Shown here one piece after another: positions 1-8,608 of a stretch of 64,000 nt of DNA (its first letter is position 1; every line of letters starts with the position of its first letter). Source of the stretch: Candidatus Hydrogenedentota bacterium (GTDB taxonomy: Bacteria > Hydrogenedentota > Hydrogenedentia > Hydrogenedentales > SLHB01). The DNA is taken from positions 68,718 through 132,717 of the forward strand of contig BTVY01000005.1 of the NCBI GenBank assembly GCA_045863335.1, written 5' to 3'. The notes below the pieces were generated by a model that was not told the origin of the DNA, did no database searches, and was given only the letters and a program-made list of their open reading frames with translations. A program made the position numbers and the translations under genes.

Positions 1-108
1 TGCCCCCGAGGTGCCATGGGCATCCTGCCCCCGAGGTGCCATGGGCATCCTGCCCCCGAGGTGCCATGGGCATCCTGCCCATGCCGGGGCTTCCAGCCCC
101 GTCTTCAT
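1..108. repeat. Three perfect tandem 25-bp units (TGCCCCCGAGGTGCCATGGGCATCC) followed by REP-like palindromes
   Basis: Units 1-25, 26-50 and 51-75 are identical; then CATGGGCATCCTGCCCATG and GGGGCTTCCAGCCCC palindromes. The same block recurs at 1352-1416 and a related inverted one at about 47725-47776. Confidence 0.9.
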
Positions 109-171
109 TCCTACCGCGCACCCGACCGGAGCGTAGCCTTAGCGCAATGACCAAGAACTCCTCAACCCCAC

Positions 172-404
172 TGGCCCAACGGGCCTCGATACTTGTAGCC
201 CCGGGTTGGCCCGACCAACGGGAGGGACCTACCCGGGGTCACCGGCCCGCTCCGTTACGCCGACCCTGAAAGGGTCGAACAGATTGCGCCAAATTTGTGT
301 ATCTCTTTCAGAGAATTCGCAGGAGGGACCACCATTTGACCCCGGTTAGGCCTTGCTGCGCGGCGGCCAAACCGGGGCTATGAGTATGTAGGCCCGTTGG
401 GCCA
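172..404. repeat. ~233-bp nested-palindrome REPIN/MITE-like element, copy 1
   Basis: Long imperfect terminal inverted repeats TGGCCCAACGGGCCT...TAGCCCCGG / CCGGGGCTA...AGGCCCGTTGGGCCA, plus an internal CCCTGAAAGGG...CTCTTTCAGAG pair. Near-identical copy at 1482-1713. Confidence 0.85.
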
Positions 405-684
405 TTGCGTCGCCTCGGCGGCGCCGATCAGTCCACTGGAAGTTGGAATGCGAACACGTCAACAGCGCACCGAAAATCGCCATGTAGACGGCCACGTCAA
501 CTTCGTCCCAGTACCACAAAGCTATCCGTCAGCCATGTGCTCCTCGATCCGCTTCTCGAATTCATTTCGATGGTCTGGACATGAACCGCCGTTCGGGGTT
601 TGCACCACAAGTCCATAGGTCTATAATACGGATCTGCCCGCCGCCATCACAGCCGCGCGGGCAAACCAACGGGGAGGGGACACA

Positions 685-1317
685 ATGAGTGAAAGCCCAG
701 TCAGACAATTTTCGATCTTTCGGATCATTGGGTCCCTTGGCGCACTTGCGGTGGTCGTGACGGTGCTTCTCCTCGGAGGCGCTCCCGACATCTTCGTGAA
801 CCTCCCGTCTATACTATTTGTCGGTGGAATCACTCTCGCCATGCTCGCCGGGCTCTACGGGGACGAATTTCTTCGGTTCGCCGGAGACGCATTCCTCACG
901 TTCTTCCTTCAGACAGTCCCCCCCAACCCGCGCTACGCCGCCATCGCCCGTAACGGGAGCCGTTTCGCCGTCGCCTCCGGGGCGGTAGGCAGTCTCATCG
1001 GAGTCATCCAGATGCTGACCACGCTCGACGATCCAAGCAAGATCGGCGGAGGGACGGCGGTGTCCATGTTGTGTGTGCTTTACGGTATCGTGCTCTCGGA
1101 GTTCTTCTTCGGTTTCCTCGTGACCGCGTACTCCGCTACGGACGCCGAGAAGACAGCAGAATCCATACCCATGCGCAATCTGGGGTTGCCGCTGGCGATT
1201 GTCGGTTTCATCGTACTGACCTTCCTCATGATCGTCCTCGCGTTCAACGTCATGGAGGTAGCCCGGCTTCAAGATGTGATCGACATCCTCGCATCGACAA
1301 ACCAACCTCAACCGTGA
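685..1317 (+). CDS. MotA/PomA-like (MotA/TolQ/ExbB family) membrane protein, orphan
   Basis: GGAGGGG RBS. The segments FVNLPSILFVGG and GSLIGVIQMLTTLDDPSKIGGGTAVSMLCVLYG resemble PomA/MotA TM2-TM4. The large cytoplasmic domain is short, and there is no MotB partner. Confidence 0.7.
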   Translation: MSESPVRQFSIFRIIGSLGALAVVVTVLLLGGAPDIFVNLPSILFVGGITLAMLAGLYGDEFLRFAGDAFLTFFLQTVPPNPRYAAIARNGSRFAVASGAVGSLIGVIQMLTTLDDPSKIGGGTAVSMLCVLYGIVLSEFFFGFLVTAYSATDAEKTAESIPMRNLGLPLAIVGFIVLTFLMIVLAFNVMEVARLQDVIDILASTNQPQP

Positions 1318-1351
1318 ACCATCACCGAGCGTCCATCCCAAACTCCCTTAG

Positions 1352-1416
1352 GGGCATCCTGCCCCCGAGGTGCCATGGGCATCCTGCCCATGCCGGGGCT
1401 TCCAGCCCCGTCTTCA
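1352..1416. repeat. REP-like block, second copy of the window-start repeat
   Basis: GGGCATCCTGCCCCCGAGGTGCCATGGGCATCCTGCCCATGCCGGGGCTTCCAGCCCCGTCTTCA, matching about 43-107. Confidence 0.9.
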
Positions 1417-1481
1417 CTCCCACGGCACGTTCCATTGGAACGCGATCACTTTCCAACCCCCAAATATTCGACTCACCCAAC

Positions 1482-1713
1482 TGGCCCAACGGGCCTCGAT
1501 ACTCATAGCCCCGGGTTGGCCCGACCAACGGGAGGGCCTACCCGGGGTCGTCGACCCGCCCCCTTACGCCGACCCTGAAAGCGTCGAATAGATTGCGCCA
1601 AATTTGTGTATCTCTTTCAGAGAATTCGCAGGAGGGTCCACGCGTTGACCCCGGTTAGGCCTTGCTGCGCGGCGGCCAAACCGGGGCTATGAGTATGTAG
1701 GCCCGTTGGGCCA
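1482..1713. repeat. REPIN/MITE-like element, copy 2
   Basis: Direct repeat of 172-404; similarity extends to about 1737. Confidence 0.85.
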
Positions 1714-1742
1714 TTGCGGTGCCTCGGCGGCGCCGATTCACC

Positions 1743-1825
1743 ATGTAGCGCAGGCGCCCTTGCCTGCAACCCTCACGAGTCGACCCATCCCCGGAAGAAT
1801 GCAGGCGAGGACGCCTGCGCTACAT
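1743..1825. repeat. GTAG-type REP doublet (inverted pair)
   Basis: ATGTAGCGCAGGCGCCCTTGCCTGCA ... TGCAGGCGAGGACGCCTGCGCTACAT; same family at 49261-49343. Confidence 0.85.
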
Positions 1826-1881
1826 ACGTGGCCGCCGGGGGAACGCTGCACGAAACGCCGGTTTCGTGTATCGTGGAAACC

Positions 1882-2418
1882 ATGCGACGTCTTGCCGGTC
1901 CCCTGATCGCTCTCGTGGTTATCGCCGCGCTTGGCCTCCTTGCGCGGGTCGCGTTCCGCAGCGTTGCGCAATATCACGCGACCTATCCGGGTCCGGTGAC
2001 CTTCGTTGGCAAGGCGGACGGTGCCTTTGGCACGCAGTACTACCGCGCCTTCATGTGGCGCGCGCCCGCAGACCAATCGCCCCTTCCCGACGTTGCGATC
2101 TATGTGAAAGGCACGCGCTACGCTCTGGCCGATCTCACAGACGAGTTGATGCAATCCCTGGGCGGCACCGCCCACGAAGGCGGGTTAAAGGACCCGGCGG
2201 AATTTTACTTCCAGTACCGGTTCGAGAACGGCCGCTTGACGTACTTCTCGCTGTTCCCCTCTTGGAACGCGACGCCTCCGAGTTCTGCGCTGTCAGACCC
2301 GGATCGCTTCTTCATCCAAGTCGGCGACGGACCGCCATTCACCCTCCCGGTCTCGGCGGGACAACTGAAGCACTACGCGGGCGAACCGCTGGACGTGTCC
2401 GCGGGGATTACAAACTGA
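1882..2418 (+). CDS. Hypothetical membrane-anchored protein
   Basis: Start moved to the ATG at 1882 (MRRLAGPLIALVVIAALGLL, N-terminal TM) because the upstream part of ORF 1714 runs through repeats. Confidence 0.6.
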   Translation: MRRLAGPLIALVVIAALGLLARVAFRSVAQYHATYPGPVTFVGKADGAFGTQYYRAFMWRAPADQSPLPDVAIYVKGTRYALADLTDELMQSLGGTAHEGGLKDPAEFYFQYRFENGRLTYFSLFPSWNATPPSSALSDPDRFFIQVGDGPPFTLPVSAGQLKHYAGEPLDVSAGITN

Positions 2419-2478
2419 ACCTTATATGGTAGGCTGGTAGTCAGTACCGGAACTGCTGCAAGGACTCCAAACTGCCGG

Positions 2479-3375
2479 GTGAACCGCATGGCGCGACGTA
2501 ACGCTGGTTTTGGACTCGTGGAACTCCTGATCGTCATCGTCATCTTGACGGTGATGGTGGTGCTGCTCATGCCGGTGCTGGCGCGTACCCAGGAAGGCGT
2601 GCGCCGGAAACAATGCGCCGACAACCTCCGGCAACTCGCGCAGGTCCACAGAATGTTCGCCGCCGAGAACAACGGCATGTGGGTCCCGCGAATGGTCCCC
2701 TACCACCTCGAGTATTCGGAGATCCGCCCCTGCTGGAGCAGTTTCGACGGCGCGATGGTGTACCCGGATTACTTCAAGAACCACATGATTGTCCTCTGCC
2801 TGTCCGACGAAGAGTACGAGGGCGAGGTGTCCATCGATTCCTTCATGCGGCCGGTCCACGGGACCTGGCAAGACGCGCCGGATCCCAATCCCGTGCGGGG
2901 TCTGGCCCAGTACCCCGAGACCAGCGACGTTTCCTATGTCTATTGGGGCTATGCGATCGATCCAGCAGACGTGGTGACCAAGGAAGACATGGTTGCTATC
3001 GGCCGGTACCTCGACAGCCTGGATGGCCCCTCGATTAACCTGAGGTCCCGATTCGAGGACCATACCATCACGAAGCCGTCGACCGGCGAGGAATTGACGT
3101 TGTACCGCTTCCAGGAAGGCGTCGAGCGGCTCGTCTTTCCGGAAGTCACCGACCCCGTCGAACTGGAAAAGAAGCGCGCATCCATCGCCGTCATGTGGGA
3201 CACCATCCGCACCGACATGGGCGTTCCCACCAAGGAGTACAACCACGGGACCGGCGGCAACGTGCTGTTCATGGACGGTCACGTCGAGTACCGCATGTAC
3301 CCCCAGGATTCCGGCGGCCCGTTCTGGATGCTCTCCGAACCAGCCCACATGGAAGGCGTCACCGAGTTTCCCTGA
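2479..3375 (+). CDS. DUF1559-type prepilin N-terminal cleavage/methylation protein with H-X9-DG C-terminal motif
   Basis: AGFGLVELLIVIVIL, then CADNLRQL, and C-terminal HGTGGNVLFMDGHVE. Confidence 0.88.
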   Translation: MNRMARRNAGFGLVELLIVIVILTVMVVLLMPVLARTQEGVRRKQCADNLRQLAQVHRMFAAENNGMWVPRMVPYHLEYSEIRPCWSSFDGAMVYPDYFKNHMIVLCLSDEEYEGEVSIDSFMRPVHGTWQDAPDPNPVRGLAQYPETSDVSYVYWGYAIDPADVVTKEDMVAIGRYLDSLDGPSINLRSRFEDHTITKPSTGEELTLYRFQEGVERLVFPEVTDPVELEKKRASIAVMWDTIRTDMGVPTKEYNHGTGGNVLFMDGHVEYRMYPQDSGGPFWMLSEPAHMEGVTEFP

Positions 3376-3618
3376 GGAGAGCGGGTTTTCCTACCCGCTC
3401 CCTGAAGCACACCGGTTCAACCCCACAGTCTCCCTTGGCCCTCCGACGCGGTATCAGGATCGAAGTCGGGATCGAAAACGAGATCCGCCGATCCCGATCC
3501 CGATCCTGATCCCGATCCCGATTCCGATTTCAATGGGAGTTTTCTGGAGCCTTCTCCGTTTGGACCGCACCTCGGGTCAATCAGTCCTCGGCATGGCGGA
3601 CTGGAAAGTCCGCCCTCC
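3376..3618. repeat. Intergenic repeat complex: inverted REP-like pair enclosing hexamer (CCGATC-like) tandem repeats
   Basis: GGAGAGCGGGTTTTCCTACCCGC (3376) and GGCGGACTGGAAAGTCCGCCCTCC (~3595); (CCGATC)n-like run at about 3488-3529 preceded by GGATCG-like units. Confidence 0.7.
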
Positions 3619-3684
3619 TTGCCATTTGCAATCCCGCTGATCCCTATGCTTTGATGCCATTGAAGCCTCCGGGGGGCCAACCAC

Positions 3685-6150
3685 GTGAGTCGCGCAAAGG
3701 CATGGGCCAAGCATCTGCTGCGCGCCGCAAGCGTCTGCGCCATGTTGTGCGCGGGCGTGCTCGCGGCCGAGCCGGTTACCTTGTATTACTGGGGGAACGA
3801 TCTCGCCCTCGAGAACGATGTCCTCGTCGCGCTCGACCTCATCCAGCAGTTCGAAGTTCTTCACGACGGCAGCGACGGCAAACCGCCGATCAAGGTGATC
3901 ATGGGCCAGAGCGCCACCCTCGACCGCCAGGGCGATCCCCAGCGTCTCATGTGCGCCGTGGCCGGAGGCGATCCGCCTGATGTCGTCTGGTTCGATCGAT
4001 TCGCCGTGGGCGAATGGGCTTCCCGCGGTGTCTTTCTCCCCCTGCAGGAGTATCTCGACGCCGACCTCCGCGAACGGCCGGACGATCCCTTCACGCTGCG
4101 GCCGGAACAGTTCTTCGATGCGTGCTGGGAGGAGAGCCAGTACCAGGATACCCTCTACGCCATTCCTGAAAACACGGACAACCGCGCGCTCTTCTACAAT
4201 CAGGATCTCTTCGAGAAGCACGCTGCGGAACTCATCGCCGCGGGCTGCATTGACCCCAACGACCCAACAAAACCGGGCCCGCCGCGCACCTGGGATCAGC
4301 TCCGCGCGGCCACGAAGATCCTCACCGCCTTCGATGCGAAAGGAAACTTGGTTCGTATCGGGTTTCTGCCGCACAGCCCGAACTTCGGCAATTCCTGGCT
4401 CTACATCTACGGCTGGTTGAACGGCGCCCAGTTTATGAGCGACGACGGCAAGACCTGCACCTTGAACGAGCCGCGCATTGTCGAGGCCCTCGCGTTCATG
4501 ACCGAACTCTACGACATCATGGGCGGCGCGGAGAAAGTGATCGCCTTCCAGACCAGCGCCATGGGCGGCGATCTCGATCCATTTCTTTCGGACAAGGTGG
4601 CCATGAAGATTGACGGCGACTTCTACCTCACGGAGATCGCGAACCGTCGTCGTGATATGCGGGTTGGTGTGACGCTCGCCCCCGCGCCGGAAGGCAAGCA
4701 ACGGCTAGGCTGGTGCGGCGGTTTCGCCTATGTCATTCCCCGCGGCTGCAAACACCCGCGCGAAGCCTGGGAATTCATCAAGTTCCTGGCCTCACAGCGG
4801 GCCTTCGAGATTCGCGCCGACGCGGGCAAACAGCTCAGCAATGCGCAGGGCAACGTCTACATCCCCACCATGAGCGGACGGCGCGACGTCACGGAGTGGG
4901 CGATGGAAAAATATTTATATAGTTATCCATCTGTTTCAAACAAATTCAAAGACGCCAAGCGCACCTTCGTCGAGGCCATGCCCTTCTCCAGGTTCCGTCC
5001 CGTGACGCCGGTCGGCCAACTGCTCTGGAACGAACAGGTCCGCGCCATGGAATCGGGCATCTATAAGCAATATGCGCCCGATCCGGTGGAGAACGCGCGA
5101 ATTGCACTGGATCGCGGCGCGGCCATAGTCCAGGTAGAACTGGACCGGCTGAACAATCCCATCGACTACCCGGTCGTGCGTTGGCAGCCCATCATCGTGG
5201 GCTATCTCGTCCTGTTGTTCCTGTGCACGGCCGCCGTCTACTGGGTTGCGGCGCGCCGCACGCAGGCCAAAGGGTATTTCCGTCGCGAGTTCGGCGCGGG
5301 CTATGCCTTCGCGTCTCCGTGGTTCATCGGGTTCGTCGTCTTCGGCGGTGGACCCATCTTCTTCTCGCTTGTCATGAGCTTCTGCCAGTACGACGTGTTG
5401 TCTCCGCCCCGCTGGGTCGGGCTTCGCAACTATGTCGATCTGTTCACCAACGACCCCTTGTTCTACAAGTCGCTCTACAACACCCTCTTCATGGCCCTTT
5501 CCATCCCGCTGACCATGGTCGCGGGCCTGGCTATCGCCATGCTGCTCAGCCGCGAATCGCGCGGCATGGCCACGTACCGCACCATCTTCTACGTGCCCGC
5601 CATCATGCCGGCCGTAGCGGCCTCGCTCCTCTGGCTCTGGATTTTCAATCCGCAGGAAGGTGTGTTGAACAATGTCTTGAGATCAGTTGGCATCCCCGGT
5701 CCCGCCTGGCTCCAGAATCAGGACTTGGCGAAGCCGGCCCTCATCATCATGCTGGTATGGGGCGCGGGTGGCAGCATGATCATCTGGCTGGCGGGATTGA
5801 AGGGAATCCCCAGGCACCTTTACGAGGCCGCCGAGATTGACGGCGCGGGGCCCGTCCGGCGGTTCTGGAGCGTGACCCTGCCGATGCTGAGTCCCTACAT
5901 TCTTTTCAATCTCATTATGGGACTCATCGGCACCTTTCAGATCTTCACCCAAGCCTACATCATGACCCGAGGCGGACCTCTCGATTCGACCCTCTTCTAC
6001 GTGTACGCCCTCTTCAACAATGCGTTTCGTTATATGAAGATGGGCTACGCCTCCGCCATGGCCTGGGTGCTCTTCGCCATAATCCTGATCTTGACCGTTA
6101 TTCAACTTCGCCTGAGCCGGGTCTGGGTCCATTACGTGTCGAGCGAGTAG
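3685..6150 (+). CDS. Fused extracellular solute-binding protein + carbohydrate ABC permease (CUT1)
   Basis: Signal peptide and SBP family 1 motifs (GDPPDVV, LYAIP..TDNRALFYN, PRTWDQL), then six TMs with the EAA loop LYEAAEIDGAG. Confidence 0.9.
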   Translation: MSRAKAWAKHLLRAASVCAMLCAGVLAAEPVTLYYWGNDLALENDVLVALDLIQQFEVLHDGSDGKPPIKVIMGQSATLDRQGDPQRLMCAVAGGDPPDVVWFDRFAVGEWASRGVFLPLQEYLDADLRERPDDPFTLRPEQFFDACWEESQYQDTLYAIPENTDNRALFYNQDLFEKHAAELIAAGCIDPNDPTKPGPPRTWDQLRAATKILTAFDAKGNLVRIGFLPHSPNFGNSWLYIYGWLNGAQFMSDDGKTCTLNEPRIVEALAFMTELYDIMGGAEKVIAFQTSAMGGDLDPFLSDKVAMKIDGDFYLTEIANRRRDMRVGVTLAPAPEGKQRLGWCGGFAYVIPRGCKHPREAWEFIKFLASQRAFEIRADAGKQLSNAQGNVYIPTMSGRRDVTEWAMEKYLYSYPSVSNKFKDAKRTFVEAMPFSRFRPVTPVGQLLWNEQVRAMESGIYKQYAPDPVENARIALDRGAAIVQVELDRLNNPIDYPVVRWQPIIVGYLVLLFLCTAAVYWVAARRTQAKGYFRREFGAGYAFASPWFIGFVVFGGGPIFFSLVMSFCQYDVLSPPRWVGLRNYVDLFTNDPLFYKSLYNTLFMALSIPLTMVAGLAIAMLLSRESRGMATYRTIFYVPAIMPAVAASLLWLWIFNPQEGVLNNVLRSVGIPGPAWLQNQDLAKPALIIMLVWGAGGSMIIWLAGLKGIPRHLYEAAEIDGAGPVRRFWSVTLPMLSPYILFNLIMGLIGTFQIFTQAYIMTRGGPLDSTLFYVYALFNNAFRYMKMGYASAMAWVLFAIILILTVIQLRLSRVWVHYVSSE

Positions 6151-6155
6151 CAGCA

Positions 6156-7823
6156 ATGCCGAAGGCCATCATACGCGGGACAAAACGGCTGGCGCTGCAC
6201 GCTTCTCTGTTGGCCGGGTCCCTGCTCTTCGCCTTTCCCTTCATCTGGCTGCTCAGCACCAGCGCCAAGGTGCCCGACGAAATGTACCCGCCGCGGTGGA
6301 TACCCCAAGTGCCCGATGGCGTAGTTGACTCTCCATACTTCGGCTTACGCGTCAACGAAAATCCCGTGCAGCCAGCCCTTGTGACCGATGAGGACTGGGC
6401 ACGGGTGACACCCGCCGCGCTGAAAGCGATCTCGAGTGCAGCCGGTTCACGCGCCGCGGAGCTGCCGGACTTCATGGTACCCCATCTCGCCAATCCGGTT
6501 CTTGCAGAGGGGATCTACGGCCGCCTGGTCCGTCGCGCGCCTGACGCAATCTTTGCGGAACCGACCGAACCCGCGGCAATGTACTTCGCCGGGCAAGTGG
6601 ATCCAGCGCTGATACGCGAGGTGTTTGACGCGGTTTACCGACGGGTGATGGTATCGACGGTCACCTTACACGGCTGGGACCTGAGTATCGAGCGGCCTAC
6701 CGGCGATGCCGAGTTTGACTGGCAGGTAGTCGCGGGCGATGCCTCGCTCGTTCACCGGGAGCAGGGACTGCTTCGTCCGGGCCAGGAGGTTCGGTACTCC
6801 TTCGCGGAGAATCGGTCGTTCACCCTGCAGACGACGGTGCCGCTTGAGATGGATGTCGAGAACTTCCGGAAGATTGTCGTCGGCAACCGGGGTGACCGCT
6901 CATGGCACCCGATTCATGCAACCGTTGAAGTAGGCGGCCGACGCTTTGACTCGATGGATCGCGCGTTTTCCGGATCGGACCAATGGCAGGATCTGACCTG
7001 GCAGTTTCCGAGCCCCGATGACGATTCGATTAAGCTCAAGAATTGGCTTCGGCTTCGCGATACGGGCCCCTCGGATGTCACCGATCCCCATACGGTACGG
7101 ATTTCGTTGGAGTATCAGTACGCGCCGCGTGTCTTTACGACGTGGTACAAGTACACTCGGAACTATCGGGAAGCCATGCGTCTGGCACCCGTGGATACGT
7201 ACGCCTGGAACAGCTTCGTACTCGTCGCGTTGAATGTTCTGGGACAGATGATCGGGTCCTCTCTCGTAGCTTACGCTTTCTCGCGGCTGCGTTGGCCGGG
7301 CAGGGACTTCTGTTTCGTGCTCGTTTTGGCGACGCTCATGATTCCACCGCAAGTAACAATGATCCCCGTGTTTCTAATCTTCAAAGAGCTTGGCTGGTAT
7401 AACACGCTGCGCCCCTTGTGGGTCACGGCATGGTTCGGGAGTGCCTTCTACATCTTCCTGCTCCGTCAATTCATGCTCGGCATCCCGAGGGATTTGGAGG
7501 ACAGCGCCCGGATCGATGGATGTGGCTACTTTGGCATCTTCAGGCGAATCATCCTGCCGCTGGTGAAGCCGGCTCTGGCGACCATCGGCATCTTTACGTT
7601 TCTGAGTGTATGGAATGACTTCATGGGACCGCTGATTTATCTTAGCGACCAGCGGCTGTATCCCCTGAGCCTCGGGCTGTTCTCGCTGCAGGTGACCAAC
7701 GTGAACGCCCATGAAATCCTCATGGCGGCGTCCGTGCTGATGACCTTGCCGGTGATGGTGCTTTTCTTCCTGGCGCAGCGGCAGTTCATTCAGGGCGTGA
7801 CCCTTACGGGCTTGAAGGGGTAG
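6156..7823 (+). CDS. Carbohydrate ABC permease (MalG-like) with a large extracytoplasmic insertion
   Basis: FPFIWLLSTSAK N-terminus, about 290-aa soluble insert, then AYAFSRLRWPGR and EAA loop LEDSARIDGCG. Confidence 0.9.
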   Translation: MPKAIIRGTKRLALHASLLAGSLLFAFPFIWLLSTSAKVPDEMYPPRWIPQVPDGVVDSPYFGLRVNENPVQPALVTDEDWARVTPAALKAISSAAGSRAAELPDFMVPHLANPVLAEGIYGRLVRRAPDAIFAEPTEPAAMYFAGQVDPALIREVFDAVYRRVMVSTVTLHGWDLSIERPTGDAEFDWQVVAGDASLVHREQGLLRPGQEVRYSFAENRSFTLQTTVPLEMDVENFRKIVVGNRGDRSWHPIHATVEVGGRRFDSMDRAFSGSDQWQDLTWQFPSPDDDSIKLKNWLRLRDTGPSDVTDPHTVRISLEYQYAPRVFTTWYKYTRNYREAMRLAPVDTYAWNSFVLVALNVLGQMIGSSLVAYAFSRLRWPGRDFCFVLVLATLMIPPQVTMIPVFLIFKELGWYNTLRPLWVTAWFGSAFYIFLLRQFMLGIPRDLEDSARIDGCGYFGIFRRIILPLVKPALATIGIFTFLSVWNDFMGPLIYLSDQRLYPLSLGLFSLQVTNVNAHEILMAASVLMTLPVMVLFFLAQRQFIQGVTLTGLKG

Positions 7824-8478
7824 TCTCCGCTCGCGAAATGAGGTAGAGCGTGCCTCGACGCAGGCCATCGCGGGACCAATCATCTTCCCAATGTTCCACG
7901 TGGAACCTTGGCCCGGAAGGTTCCACGTGGAACATTTCCGGCACCAGATCCCGCGGATCTCCCGCCTGACATAAGAATACTGCCCCCTTCTCCAGATACC
8001 CGGCCATCGCACCCAATATCGATGCCGGCCGCTCCACGGCCCGCGCCGTAATCACCCCTGGCCGAAAATCCTCCGCTACCTTAGGAAACTCCCCGCAGAC
8101 AATTCGGACCTTTTCCAATCCCAGCGCGCCAACAACCTTCCTCAGAAATCCCACCTTACGCTCCGAGCGCTCCACCAAGATTACCCGCAGCTCCGGCATC
8201 ACAATCGCCAAAGGAACCACCGGAAAGCCCGCGCCGCTACCCACATCCAGCAAGAGTTCCCCGCTCCACCCTCTCGACACCAACAGAGGCGCCAGACTCA
8301 GAGAATCCACCACATGCCGCGTCTCCAGTTCCGCCAAATCCGGCTTGGATACGAGCGAGACAACCCGGTTCCACTCACGGACCAGTTGGACGTGGCTGTC
8401 CAAACGCGCAGCGGCGTCGCCAGGCACCATCAGACCCTCCCCGGCCAGCCGCGACAGCGCTTCAGCAATTGCGCTCAT
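7804..8478 (-). CDS. rsmG: 16S rRNA m7G527 methyltransferase RsmG (GidB)
   Basis: WNRVVSLVS, RHVVDSL, LLDVGSGAGFP, VERSERKVGFL, ITARAV. Confidence 0.92.
   Translation of the reverse strand: MSAIAEALSRLAGEGLMVPGDAAARLDSHVQLVREWNRVVSLVSKPDLAELETRHVVDSLSLAPLLVSRGWSGELLLDVGSGAGFPVVPLAIVMPELRVILVERSERKVGFLRKVVGALGLEKVRIVCGEFPKVAEDFRPGVITARAVERPASILGAMAGYLEKGAVFLCQAGDPRDLVPEMFHVEPSGPRFHVEHWEDDWSRDGLRRGTLYLISRAETTPSSP
7892..7934. promoter_or_regulatory. Two parS-like centromere sites inside rsmG
   Basis: TGTTCCACGTGGAACC (7892-7907) and GGTTCCACGTGGAACA (7919-7934) versus the parS consensus TGTTNCACGTGAAACA. They translate as MFHVEP and FHVEH. Confidence 0.8.
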
Positions 8479-8538
8479 CCCCTCGAACCCTCCGACGCAA
8501 AAAATGCCCTAAATCCATGCAAATTCAAGCACATAGCC

Positions 8539-8568
8539 TTGACTTCCCTTGCCCCAATATGCTATGTT
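8539..8568 (+). promoter_or_regulatory. Putative sigma70 promoter of apgM
   Basis: TTGACT-N18-TATGTT with an extended -10 TG, about 40 bp before the start. Confidence 0.45.
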
Positions 8569-8608
8569 CGCGAAATTGTGGCGGCGAGTCAAGTCCGCCA
8601 CAGGGGAG

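Noticed and set aside
1-80. Possible CRISPR array
   Set aside because: The units are directly adjacent with no spacers, and there are no cas genes.
36-618. Short ORFs 36..269 and 397..618 (also 1370..1591, 1375..1578)
   Set aside because: They are translations of repeat or intergenic DNA with no protein features.
8549-8608. Longer N-terminus of apgM (similar extensions for cimA, 14354, 18828, 33520 and 53688)
   Set aside because: Downstream starts match the family N-termini and RBS; the extensions cover promoters or repeats.
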